64,000 bases of DNA from the NCBI RefSeq assembly GCF_009914755.1, contig NC_060931.1; one strand, given 5' to 3'. The notes beneath the pieces are model-generated. The model was not told the origin of the DNA. It was given only the letters and a program-made list of their open reading frames with translations, and ran no database searches. This stretch comes from the human T2T-CHM13v2.0 reference genome, Homo sapiens. Shown here in pieces: positions 14,905 to 27,845 of the stretch (its first letter is position 1; every line of letters begins with the position of its first letter). Made by a program: the position numbers and the translations under genes.

Positions 14905-16923
14905 TGTGGGGGGCCCCCTCCACACCCCCGACCTGCGTCCACGCTCCCCTCTCCTCAGAGGGACCCCCCTCCACACTCCCCACCTTCATCCACGCTCCCC
15001 TCTCCTCAGAGGGACCCCCCTCCACACTCCCCACCTTCATCCACGCTCCCCTCTCCTCAGTGGGGACCCCCCTCCACACTCCCCACCTTCATCCATGCTC
15101 CCCTCTCCTCAGTGGGGACCCCCCTCCACACCCCCCACGTGCGTCCACGCTCCCCTCTCCTCAGTGGGGACCCCCCTCCACACTCCCCACCTTCATCCAC
15201 GCTCCCCTCTCCTCAGAGGGACCCCCCTCCACACTCCCCACCTTCATCCACGCTCCCCTCTCCTCAGAGGGACCCCCCTCCACACTCCCCACCTTCATCC
15301 ACGCTCCCCTCTCCTCAGTGGGGACCCCCCTCCACACCCCCACGTGCGTCCACGCTCCCCTCTCCTCAGTGTGGACCCCCCTCCACACCCCCCACGTGCG
15401 TCCACGCTCCCCTCTCCTCAGAGGGGACCCCCCTCCACACTCCCCACCTTCATCCACGCTCCCCTCTCCTCAGTGGGGACCCCCCTCCACACCCCCACCT
15501 TCATCCACGCTCCCCTCTCCTCAGTGGGGACCCCCCTCCACACCCCCCACGTGCGTCCACGCTCCCCTCTCCTCAGTGTGGACCCCCCTCCACACTCCCC
15601 ACCTTCATCCACGCTCCCCTCTCCTCAGTGGGGACCCCCCTCCACACTCCCCACCTTCATCCACGCTCCCCTCTCCTCAGTGGGGACCCCCCTCCACACC
15701 CCCCACGTGCGTCCACGCTCCCCTCTCCTCAGTGGGGACCCCCCTCCACACTCCCCACCTTCATCCACGCTCCCCTCTCCTCAGTGGGGACCCCCCTCCA
15801 CACCCCCCACGTGCGTCCACGCTCCCCTCTCCTCAGTGGGGACCCCCCTCCACACTCCCCACCTTCATCCACGCTCCCCTCTCCTCAGTGGGGACCCCCC
15901 TCCACACTCCCCACCTTCATCCACGCTCCCCTCTCCTCAGTGTGGACCCCCCTCCACACTCCCCACCTTCATCCACGCTCCCCTCTCCTCAGAGGGACCC
16001 CCCTCCACACTCCCCACCTTCATCCACGCTCCCCTCTCCTCAGTGGGGACCCCCCTCCACACTCCCCACCTTCATCCATGCTCCCCTCTCCTCAGTGTGG
16101 ACCCCCCTCCACACCCCCACGTGCGTCCACGCTCCCCTCTCCTCAGTGTGGACCCCCCTCCACACTCCCCACCTTCATCCACGCTCCCCTCTCCTCAGTG
16201 GGGACCCCCCTCCACACTCCCCACCTTCATCCACGCTCCCCTCTCCTCAGTGTGGACCCCCCTCCACACTCCCCACCTTCATCCACGCTCCCCTCTCCTC
16301 AGTGGGGACCCCCCTCCACACTCCCCACCTTCATCCACGCTCCCCTCTCCTCAGTGGGGACCCCCCTCCACACTCCCCACCTTCATCCATGCTCCCCTCT
16401 CCTCAGTGTGGACCCCCCTCCACACTCCCCACCTTCATCCACGCTCCCCTCTCCTCAGTGGGGACCCCCCTCCACACCCCCACGTGCGTCCACGCTCCCC
16501 TCTCCTCAGTGGGGACCCCCCTCCACACTCCCCACCTTCATCCACGCTCCCCTCTCCTCAGTGGGGACCCCCCTCCACACTCCCCACCTTCATCCACGCT
16601 CCCCTCTCCTCAGTGGGGACCCCCCTCCACACCCCCACGTGCGTCCACGCTCCCCTCTCCTCAGTGGGGACCCCCCTCCACACTCCCCACCTTCATCCAC
16701 GCTCCCCTCTCCTCAGTGGGGACCCCCCTCCACACTCCCCACCTTCATCCACGCTCCCCTCTCCTCAGTGGGGACCCCCCTCCACACTCCCCACCTTCAT
16801 CCACGCTCCCCTCTCCTCAGTGTGGACCCCCCTCCACACTCCCCACCTTCATCCACGCTCCCCTCTCCTCAGTGGGGACCCCCCTCCACACCCCCCACGT
16901 GCGTCCACGCTCCCCCCTCCTCA
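14905..16923. repeat. C-rich VNTR, 51-52-bp unit, ~39 copies
   Basis: Unit ccacgctcccctctcctcagtggggaccccccTccacactccccaccttcat, with interspersed cacgtgcgt variants. Confidence 0.98.
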
Positions 16924-18431
16924 GGGGCTTGTTTTCTGCCCAGGGCCATTTCCTATGGCGAGGGAACGAGTCAGGAAGCAGTGATTCCACTCACGCTCCA
17001 GGTTTTCCTGACTCACGCAGACGCTTAACATCTTTTCCTTGGCTCTTATTTGTAGCATCTAACAACGTCCAGATCACCTGTAAAATGTGCAGCCTCCCCT
17101 CTGCCTTCAAGAGGCAGCTGAGGTCCTGTCTTGGGTCATTGTGTGGTTCTCAGGAGGTCTTCAGGAGCCCCTCACGTTGAAGGTACCCAGTGTTTCCCTG
17201 ACCAACAGAAGGTGTTTGTTTCACCACATTTTCCTTACGTTCTTATGGAAAAAATTTAATCCTTAAAACGTGGCTTTCTGCTAATAAAGAAAGAACAAAC
17301 TCCCTACGTATCTTAAGAAACAGTCAAAACGGCTTGCTTGCTAGTCTGAAATTCTTTCAACACATATACATGAAAAGAGAATTATTCTTTGACCCAGGAT
17401 CTTCTGAGGCCAGGCGGGTGTGGATAGGTGTCCTCTGTCCTGACAGCGGCTCCTGCCCAGTCTGGAGTGCTGGTGGTTTATCTGCGTGGCCTCTGCAGCT
17501 CTGTGTGCTATGCGCGTCTCGAGGTGGAGAGACTTGGTGTCTGCATTCCTGGGTTCGTGCTCTATTTCCACGCACAGGTGGAAGAAAAAGAAGGGCGAGG
17601 CCGCACAGTGCTAAGACGCAGGCTCTGGGATCACACTACCCGGACCCAATGCGCGAGGCTGCCCCTGGGGCTCCGCCCCATCTTCCCTCCTCAAACCGCC
17701 CCGTGCTCGTTCCTCCCCCTGGGCCTGTGAGGAGAACCCCTGGCTTAGCGTTTCTGTCCAATGCCAGAAACCAGCGGGTGGCTAGCTCCATTCTACCCAG
17801 CGCTCCTGACTGACCCTCATCAGCCACCAAAACTTTTTGTTGTCCTGGCTCAGTCTTGAGCGGATCGTTGCTAATGTTACTGATCATTTCACATTCCCAG
17901 ATGATATTTCGGAGCCCCTCCGCTCCCCACCCGGCAGCCTTGTGAGTCACATTTTCACAGAGAACACACTGCTGGGAAACCTCCTGCTGAGCTCAATGTC
18001 TCACCTGGATTCTTGTTAGTTCTGATTTCCAATCTTCAGAGGTGGCATTTTCCGATTTTTCCTTCGTACAATGTATTCCTTCATTTGACAAATACGTGTT
18101 GAGTACTTGCCCTGTGACTGGCCCCGTGGACAGACACAATAGGGAAGCAAGATGGAATTCCAGGTCCCGAGAGGGTGAAAGAACGGGGGACGGCCTGGCG
18201 ATCATGACGCCATCCACGGTTAGGTCTTCTTAGCAGGGGTCCAGGAACAGCTGGCTCCCTGAGCAGGGAAGAGTGCCAGCATAGCCAAGATGCTGAGTCC
18301 AAACCCCTCCGCAGACAGCGGGTGGAGGTGGGACCAACTGCTTTCTCTGAGAAGAGGATGAAATGCCAACATCCATGTGGATGCGCCAGAGGCAGCCAGA
18401 ATCTGTGCCTGCCCCCTGTGGGTTTTCTTTT

Positions 18432-18628
18432 CTCTCTTTAAAAATGTTTTATTTTTAAATTTTGTGGGTACATAGTAGGCATATATATTTATGGGGTACA
18501 TGAGATGCTTTGATACAGGCATGCAATGCGTGCTGATCACATCATGGACAATGGGGCATCCGTCCCCTCAAGCATTTATCCTTTGTGTTACAAGCAATAT
18601 AATTACACTCTTTTAGTTATTTTAAAAG
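18432..18628 (-). mobile_element. L1MA-type 3' end fragment
   Basis: tttgtgggtacatagtagg...atttatggggtacatgagat...atacaggcatgcaatg. Confidence 0.8.
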
Positions 18629-18743
18629 AGCTAGGGTCTTGTTCTGTTGCTCAGGCTGGTCTCAAACCTCTAGGCTCAAGCAGTCCTCCCACCTCGGCCT
18701 CCCAAAGTGCTGGGATTACAGGTGTGAGCCACCATGTCCAGCC
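18629..18743 (-). mobile_element. FLAM / Alu monomer
   Basis: Single-arm reverse Alu ending gtgagccaccatgtccagcc. Confidence 0.85.
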
Positions 18744-20935
18744 TCTTTATTTTATCTTTTTCCCGTTATCACGGGTTGAGGCTGCAAAGTGTTGTCAGTA
18801 TCATCTGCTGGTCAGTGTGCAGGAAGTAACATCCCCAGGGAAACATGGAGCCCTGCGATGGCCCTGATGGCTTTTTAGATTACGATGGGCTGTGTTTGGA
18901 ATGAATATAGTGGGAATTGCTAACCTGTGGTTTTCTCTCCTTTGACAGTGTCACCAGGTGAATTAGTACAAAAGGTAGGAGACAACTGCCCGCCCAGACC
19001 TCGTCAGGAGGAAAACGCAGGCCTCGCTTCTCAGCAACCCCCTCTAGAGCTCATCAGAGTAAAATCGTCCATTACAGTTTCTCAAATTCGCCACCTATGT
19101 GAAGACACAAAATGAAAACCCTAGAGACCCCGCCAGGCCCTCATTTCCTTCTCATCCCCAAATTTGTCCCTCCAGGAAGTGCAGCCAGGAAAGCCGGTGC
19201 TTGGAGCCTGGCTCACCCGCCGCGGAGCTGGGGACCTCGTGCACGTCACCGAGGCTCTCCGGGGCTGTTTCCTAATCTATGAAATGTGGTTCTTTACTCA
19301 CAGGTCTGTTCTGAGAAGTGAATAACAGGACGTCTTCTGCATGCCCCGACCCCTGACAGCTTTCGGCCACTCAGCAAATGCAACGTCCTTCCTGGCTCAG
19401 GTTCTCTAGTTTGCTTCTGAAAGGGGCCGCACTTCTTGTCATATCCAATAAGGCCTGTTTTTGTTCTTTCCTAACGCACCTGCCTCACCTCTGAACAATA
19501 TCATTTTTCTATTTTGGAAATGATGTATTTTTGGCATGAGGAAAATGAGAAAGTTTACCACCCGTGCTGAGAGCCGGCCTGCCTGGCAGTGGCTGAAGAT
19601 GCTGGAGAGAGCTGCTCTGAACTTTGCTGACTGGAGCGAGACTTTGCATTTGGGAGACTTTATGCAGCTTGGAGCTCCACAAAGGCCGGTTCCTCCTCAC
19701 TTCCACTCGATGCCTCCCTGCTGCTGTCCTGAACAACTGTCCTAACTTTGTTTGTGGAGTATTGTCAGAATTCACTTCTCCAAATGAAGTCTCTTCTTAG
19801 CACGAGACTTTGGGGTTTGCTCACTGCGGTGGCTGTCCAATGGTCGATGGCTGATGCCCTTGCAGCGTCTCAGTCCCTGGTGCCTGTGAGCTCCCCAGGG
19901 TTCCTGGATTCCTCAGTCCTGAATCAGGAGGAGAAGGTGGTAGGAGAGCCCATGTGTGTGGGTGGCCTCAGCCCCAACCCCCGACCTCCAGGGCTGCCCG
20001 TCTCCCCGTGTGAGGAGGGGCTGCACAAAGGGGTCCCTAGGTCTCTCCTGCTCAAGGTGCCTGTGCTCCCGTGACTGCAGCCGCTCATCGCCAAGTTCTG
20101 AGCTTCCACAGGCTCAGTCTCAACCACGGACCCGAGGGTCCCTTCTCTGTGGCACCACAATTCCAAACTTTCATTTCAGAAGGATGAGAGGCTATCTGGC
20201 CTAGCACTGGGCATCTGACCTAGCACTGGGCATCCGGATACTTCAGGTTTATGAGCTGAGTGCACAAATTGTAAGTGACACTTCAGAGGCTGCCAGATTG
20301 AGACAGATAATTAGCTACACCAGTTACTTTTGAAAATTTAATGGTATGTGATGAGCACGTGTTGGATCATCACTGGATGGATACCTTCTTCACACATATA
20401 AATGGTAATTTATCTACATGCAGATGGTTAAGTCAAACCACAGCCCACCCAACAGTTCTAGACAGATTCTCACCGGAAGCTTCTAGGGGGGCTCATTTGA
20501 CAGAATTCCACGTCTCTAAGCAGACATGCCCGAAGGTTCAGACCCTGTGGCCGGAGAAGCGCGTGGAGCAGGGCTCCTCCCTCGCCCCGTCTGGTAAGTG
20601 CTGTGGAGTATTTCAGCTTTTCTTTATCCTCCAGAGGGGGCTTGCTTTTGCCACCTTGTTGTAGTTGTTTAAAATTCATACATACATGCAGACACACTGT
20701 TGCTGAGGTAACTTGATTCCCTCATGGAACCAGGAACCTGGAGACAGGGTTCCCATTGCTTTGGTTTGGCCTAGTGATGTGTCTCTGCCAGATGCACTCT
20801 AGGAGGTGCCTGCAGGGCCACGGGATGCTGGTCACTGCTATAGGAAAGAGGTGAGGCAGTGTCTGTGTGCAAGTTATGCTCAGGCCTTCAGACAGCGCAG
20901 CCACGAGGCACAAACTTCTAGGGATAGGCCACATC

Positions 20936-21822
20936 CAGACACAGCTCGGGGATGTCACAGGCTCACTTCCAGACCCCCGCAACAAAGCCAGACACACGCA
21001 TTTTTGGGTTTCCCGTTGCATATGGAGGTTACATTTACACTGTACTGTCGTCTGTCTATTAAGTGTGCAACAGCATTATGTCTAAAAGACAATGTGCCTG
21101 TCTTCATTGCTAAAAATGCTGATGATCATCTGAGCCCTCAGTGAGTCCTAATTTTCTTGCTGGTGGAGGGTCTTGCCTCAGTGTTGGTGGCTGCTGACTG
21201 ATCAGGGTGGTGCTGCTGAAGGTTGGGGTGCTTGTGGCAATTTTAAAAAACAAGACAACAATGAAGTTTGCCACATTGATGGACTCCTTTCATAAAAGAT
21301 TTCTCTGTAGCATGCCATGCTGTTTGACAGCATTTTACCACATTAGGATGTCTTTCAAAGTCAGAGTCATCCTCTCAAACCCTGCTACTGCTTTATCAAC
21401 TAAATTTATGTGATATTCTAAATCGCTTATTGTGATTTCAACAATGTTTGCAGCATCTTCACCAGGAGTAGATTCCATCTCAGGAAACCACTTTGTTAGT
21501 CATAAGAAGCAATTTCTCATCCTTAAACTTTGATCCTGAGACTGCAGCAATTCAGTCCCCTTTTCAGGCTCCACTTCTAACTACAGCTCTCTCACTATTT
21601 CCCTTCCACCTGCACTTCCTTTTCCCACTGAAGTCTTAAACCCCTCAAAGTCATCCATGAGAGTTGGAATCAACTTCTTCCAAACTCCTGTTAACGTTCA
21701 TATTTTGTCTCTTCTCATGAATCACTGTTTTCAATGGCATCTAGGATGGTGAATCCTTTCCAGGAGGTTTTCGACTTACTTTGCCCAGATCCATCAGAGG
21801 AATCACTGTCTGTTGCAGCTAT
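20936..21822 (-). mobile_element. Tigger1 (TcMar) DNA transposon fragment
   Basis: Terminal cag..ctcggggatgt..ttccagaccccc and internal motifs (ctattaagtgtgcaacagcattatgtct; ggttggaatcaacttcttccaaactcctgtt-like; gatccatcagaggaatcact). Confidence 0.85.
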
Positions 21823-21899
21823 CGTCTTCCCACACCAAGCCCGTATTCCTCCGTCTGCCTGGGCCTCATGTGGGCAAGCACACAGCTCCTTTGCAGTTC

Positions 21900-22560
21900 A
21901 AACAAGGGGTCAGTGATGCATCCCATGCATGCGTATTTCTGTGTTCTTGGAGGTGTGTTTTCCAGAATATTCTGAGAAGTGGGGTTGCTGGGTCAAAAGC
22001 AAGTGTGTGTAGTTTTATCAGGTGTTGACAAAGCCCCGGCTGAAGGGTGGTCCCAGTTCCGATTCCCACCAGTGCTGCTCTCCTCAAATCACCAAGAGAA
22101 ACTGTCATCATACTTAAAAAAAAATATGACTGAGGACCATTTTAATGTCTTCTTGGTGAATTGTTTGCCTTCTCCCATGGTTCTGTTGGGGTTTTTCTGG
22201 CCCTTTGAGCCTCCATTTTTAAGAATTTTTGCTATGTTGGGTTTATTAGCTCCGTATCTGTGGGATGTGTTGTGCCTGTTTTCTTCTGATTTGTCAACTG
22301 CCTTTTAACTTTGTATATAGTGTTTTTTTAGTGGTGTTAAACATTTTTTTGTAGGCAAATTTGTAAATATTTTCTTTCATCGCCCTTGGATTTTGACGGT
22401 AGTTAGTCATCATTTCCCCATGGTTAAAGAGGAATTCACCCAGGTTTCTTCTGGGACTTGAACGATTTCTTTTTTTACATTTGGGTCTCTAATTCATTTG
22501 AAGTTTCTTCCCGCATAGGGTGTGAATCTAGGTTCATTTTCCACCCGACTGACGCATTGT
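21900..22560 (-). mobile_element. Highly degraded old L1M fragments
   Basis: T-rich stretch with a gggttgctgggtcaaa-type motif. Confidence 0.5.
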
Positions 22561-22879
22561 TCCTGCACCAGTTACGAGAGTTGTGCTTAAGGGTGGAGGC
22601 ACCACTGTGTCATTTCAGAAGTAGCACTTTCGCTTCGAATATGTTTGTTAGCATGCGCTGCTAAAACATATGGGGCTCTACACCAAAAAAGTCAATCTTA
22701 CCATGTGTTTAAAAAGTATTAAAAATCCGTTTTCAGAACAATATGTTTTTAAAGGACATCAAAGCCTCCATAGGAATTTCCAGATGGTGCGTGTTGGGGA
22801 AAGAACCGAATTGTTGGTGTGTGTGGTTATCTCTGCAGAGTGGCACTGTGAGCACTTGTATGTCTTATTAAAATTTTTA

Positions 22880-23218
<339 letters not shown>

Positions 23219-23899
23219 GCACTGGGAGCAGACATGGATGAATAAGCTAAAACCTGACTAAGGGCAGGAACCGTGACATAACTGGATCCTCGGAGAGGAC
23301 ATCTGCCCCCAGCAGGGTTTGAGCTGAGCCATTTCATTCCCACTGTTCCTTGTGCGTTTGCATAAATCCCTCCAAGCTTCATCTCCACTACCCCATGGCA
23401 CAGAAGAAAATCTGGCTGGAGTTAAGATTTGTAGCAAGATGTGGAATCGTTTTTCCGGTGTGTGGAGACCACAGGCCCTTGTGGCTGCAGGGTGGGAGTA
23501 GGTCTGGTCCTGGGACCTGCGTTTTTCTAGGTGTAGTTATCTGGGCTTTTAAACATGCAGGTTCACGTAGGTGATCGAAGTCTGTTTCTATCCACAAAGA
23601 GCCCACCTGTCCTTTGGAAATTGAAAAAGGACTTAAAAAACCTGAGTAACCAGTGAAGTGTCTGTTGATTTGGGGGCAGGATGAAGAACTGAAAGCTGCC
23701 CTGTGCTCCTTCCCGGGAGAGGCACATGTTCCTTCCCGGTGGAACCCAGTGTGGAGGACTGTTCTGTGTGTGTTCTCTTTTACAAATCAACCCGAGCAAC
23801 TGTGGTCGTATTGTGACCCTTGAATGCCAATCAATGAACAAAAACAGTATTTGAAAATGTGCACTTTGACATCACCCACGAGGCAGCGGGGCTTTGAGA

Positions 23900-24459
23900 T
23901 AAGAGGACCGCCTCCCGCGCTCCGGTGCCTGCGGCCGAGGAAGAGGACGGCCTCCCGCGCGCTGCCTGCTTTCTCAGGAAGAGGACGGCCTCCCGCGCGC
24001 TGCCGGCTTCCTCAGGAAGAGGACGGCCTCCCGCGCGCTGCCTGCTTCCTCAGGAAGAGGACGGCCTCCCGCGCGCTGCCTGCTTCCTCAGGAAGAGGAC
24101 GGCCTCCCGCGCGCTGCCGGCTTCCACAGGAAGAGGACGGCCTCCCGCGCGCTGCCGGCTTCCTCAGGAAGAGGACGGCCTCCCGCGCGCTGCCGGCTTC
24201 CTCAGGAAGAGGACGGCCTCCCGCGCGCTGCCGGCTTCCTCAGGAAGAGGACGGCCTCCCGCGCGCTGCCGGCTTCCTCAGGAAGAGGACGGCCTCCCGC
24301 GCGCTGCCGGCTTCCTCAGGAAGAGGACGGCCTCCCGCGCGCTGCCGGCTTCCTCAGGAAGAGGACGGCCTCCCGCGCGCTGCCTGCTTCCTCAGGAAGA
24401 GGACGGCCTCCCGCGCGCTGCCGGCTTTCTCAGGAAGAGGACGGCCTCCCGCGCGCTGC
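23900..24459. repeat. CpG-rich VNTR, 38-bp unit, 14 copies plus a partial precursor
   Basis: aggaagaggacggcctcccgcgcgctgccggcttcctc with an exact 38-bp period from 23938. Confidence 0.98.
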
Positions 24460-25074
24460 TGGCTTTATCTGGGCTCCTGAGGTTCTCCTTTGAGTGTCAT
24501 CACACCCACACTTGCGACTCCTTCCCGCCACAGAGGGAGGTTGGTGGCGATTGGTTTTGTCTTCATTTTGCCCAGAAAGACATGGAAAAACCAAGTTAGA
24601 TCAAACGGAGGAAAGGAGTCCTGCCACCTGTGTGGGCTATGTGGCCTGGGCCAGGTGCTCAGGGCAGGTAGGGCTCCTGGCATGTGTCTAGGGCTCCAGG
24701 CGTGTGTCTAGGGCTCCTGATGAGTCAGCCTCACACGTGGCCTGCTCAGGGGCCCGGGAAAGAGTCAGCGCTGCACAGTCAGGCACGGGGACCCTCGCGT
24801 GTGAGTCCACGGCCTTCAGAGGGGTCAGGTGGGAGGACAGAGTTTGCTTCTGAACGACCTTGACCATGGAGGTGGATAGATTGTGTTCACTTAAATGTAA
24901 AACAGTGAAATTTAAATGTTTTAAGGAAACAAAATGTTATTTGTATTTAAAATTGATTAACAGTGAAAGATAGATAAATGGTAAATGGAACAAACATACA
25001 ACAGACGTGAGAAAGAGCAAAAGATGGGAATGACGAGATGAGACAAAGAGGAGCCTGAGAAGAGAAAGGGCCGG

Positions 25075-25352
25075 CGGGCGCAGAGACAGAGGACCCAGCC
25101 ACGCTGGGGAGGGCGGGCGCAGAGACGGAGGACCCAGCTATACCATGGAGGGCGGGTGCAGAGGGGCCAGGCGAGAGGGCCAGGCAGGCACAGAGACAGA
25201 GGACGCAGCTTTGCCAGGGAGGGCAGGTGCAGAGACAGAGGACCCAGCTATGCCAGGGAGGGCGGGTGCAGAGACAGAGGACCCAGCTATGCCAGGGAGG
25301 GCAGGTGCAGAGACAGAGGACCCAGCTATGCCAGGGAGGGCGGGTGCAGAGG
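25075..25352. repeat. 39-bp minisatellite, ~7 copies including degenerate ones
   Basis: gcagagacagaggacccagctatgccagggagggc(a/g)ggt. Confidence 0.9.
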
Positions 25353-27399
25353 GGTCAAGCGCTGACAGTGAGGGGGTCTTTCCAGTGGCTTCCCCTCTGG
25401 AGCTCACACACACTTACTTTAATCCTTATAAGGCCCTGTGAGGCAGGCACCGTAATAATTGCTCCATAACCAGCTGGCGAGAAAATCCAAGCTCGTAATT
25501 AGTAATCATCACGAAACAGCTTTCTTGGCTGACAGCACATAAACCAAAACAGTAGATGTGCTGGTTCCGGCTGCTGAGGGCCAGGGTCTGCAGACCTGCC
25601 CTGTGAAGCTTACGTGGCCTGCCAGACTTCATGCTCGGCAGGTCCCGTGGCCTCCTGGGGCTGTTTCTTTGAGGTGAAAAGAGGGTGGACCAGATGCAGT
25701 TGTTTCAAATTGCTTTCTGAGGGTCTCCCTCCTGGGCTGGACTAAGTCAGGGGGCTTTCATCCTCCATCAATCAGGCCAACAAGTCTATTCTATAAACCG
25801 GGGTCCACATTCAATTTTATTTGAACAAAATGTTCTATCAGCCTGAAAACTGCTAGGAAGGTCTCTAAGGCCATCTGGCTCTGAGCCTGCGATTCCAATG
25901 CTTGTTAGCGGATTTGTTTGTCCAGCTGTTGGTGTCTCTTCTTCCTGGCTTTGCCGCTCAGCCCTGGGCTTTCCAGAGCTTTCTAGGGGTCTCCTAAGAG
26001 GGCAAGCGGGTGGTACTTTCTGTATTTTAATATTGTGTTAGAATCTGGGACATCTGATTGCTGAAATGAGATGTTAGTTGGTACAGGGAGGGGTTTCCAG
26101 GACCCGCACGCCCTTGCGGAGTGCCTGCTGGAGGGAGCCGGTGTGTCCAGGACACCCTTGCGGAGTGTCTGCTGGAGGGAGCCAGTGTGTCAGTGAGATG
26201 GCTATGCCCCTGGGCTGCTGTGTCCCAGGTTTCCTCAGTCTCTAACCCTTTGTTCTCACAGGGGATGGACTCTTGCTTCTTTTCCCAACTCCACCAAGAG
26301 GGACCGTCCCAGGACGTCCTTCCCCGGGCATCTGGCCCTACAGCTGCCTGAGGTCTCCATCACCGTTGGCGCCATCAGTCTGCTGTGCAGCCAGCTGTTG
26401 GTTTGGAGAGCCTGAAGAACTGCAGTTCACGTCTCATCTAAAGGAGCTGAAATGATATTGCAGCTTTTTCTTTTGGTTGCGTGCAGTGAGAATCTGGGAG
26501 CTGAACCTGTTATCTGCATGGTCTTCAGAAATCAGGCAAACTCGGAAAATGCCAACGCCAAAAATGCTGATGGGTGACAAAGTGTCACAGGTGTGATGCA
26601 TTACAAATCTCAGGACTTTTGTTCACTGGATTTGAAAGGTCAAGCTTCACAGGAAAATGATGAAGTCCCAAAAGACCAGAAATATATTTCAGAAGATGCC
26701 AGTTACTACTTTAAATGTCAAACCAACATTTCAGAAATAACTTTCAATGATTATTTCCTGCCAAGAAGGTGAACGCTGGAGACCTTAATGGTGGAAGATG
26801 GAGGGCGTCTTTCCTTCTGTTAAGCTGACAACTTGGCTTCCATCTTGTGAGGACCTCACCCTACCTGGTGGCAGAGGACGTCTGACGCCCTCAATCATTG
26901 CCATTACACTTCCCAGCCTGGTGGTCAGTCTCCTGGGGTCTGTGTGTTAACAAACCATCGACTGGACAATCGCAGTTTTCCTTATGAAGGCTTACTTTAA
27001 AAAGGCTCTGGATTTTCAGAAGCGAAGTCGCTTTCATCCCCGATTCAGACCCATCCTAGTGGAGGAAAAATCCTACCAGAAGAAGGGCTGACCATAGGAA
27101 CTTGCCATTTCCTTGACCCCATCATATCTGAGGAAAAAACAACAGAAAAGGTAATTATATTATACCTGTATCCGTTTTCTTAAGCTGTAGGCTCACAATA
27201 TCAAGGGCTCTGTGTGAAGACTTGGGTGGTTACAGAGGTGCCACCAAGTGGATGGGTCACATGAATTGGCAGTGGGGTTGAGATGACCCTGTTTTACGAA
27301 ATCATGGACAGGATGAATTCTTGAGATGATCTGGGTCTTCCGTGTGATACGTGGATGCTTGGCCTTCTGGGCTAATGCAGCATTGCACCTGCCTCTGCC

Positions 27400-27560
27400 A
27401 CCTAGTTTTGGCACCTCCAATGATGGAGAGCTCACTTCTTCTTGAGCAGCCCATTTATTTTTGTTCAGCTCTAATTGCAAGAAACAGCTTCTATTTTCCA
27501 CACTGAAACCTCTCTCCCTGCGGTTTGTATCCACAGGTCCTAATTCTTCCTCTGGTTACA
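27400..27560 (-). mobile_element. Possible L3/CR1 remnant
   Basis: ctccaatgatggagagctcacttc...cagctctaatt...cctaattcttcctctgg resembles reverse L3. Confidence 0.4.
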
Positions 27561-27705
27561 GGACAAGGACAATAATAATCTTTTCCTAGTAACAACTTTT
27601 CAACATACTTGAATAGTTAATATGGGCTGCTTCTCATTCTCTCTCCTGAAAACACAGGAAGATCTTTTCTTTCCTGTCGAAACTTCCCCAGTTCCGTGAA
27701 TTATC

Positions 27706-27845
27706 CTTTGCGGGAGCGGGGTTCCTATCCCACACCATGGCGGATGCCCCCGCTTTGCGGGAGCGGGGTTCCTATCCCACACTGTTGCGGATGCCCCCCA
27801 TTTGCGAGAGTGGGGTTCCTATCCCACACCATTGTGGATGCCCGC
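27706..27845. repeat. ~47-bp tandem repeat, 3 copies
   Basis: tttgcgggagcggggttcctatcccacac...ggatgccc. Confidence 0.9.

Noticed and set aside
14716-17180. Three overlapping 720-770 aa Pro-rich ORFs
   Set aside because: All three frames are open only because the C-rich 51-52-bp unit has no stop codons; peptides cycle between frames and show no domain.
20196-20236. Small local duplications (also ~24665-24720, 26097-26190, 56513-56600)
   Set aside because: Two- to three-copy slippage products with no further structure.
23824-24599. 218 and 224 aa Arg-rich ORFs
   Set aside because: Translation of the 38-bp VNTR.
25145-25441. In-frame 13-aa repeat ORF (AETEDPAMPGRAG)
   Set aside because: A 39-bp unit preserves frame trivially; no splice, homology or other coding evidence.
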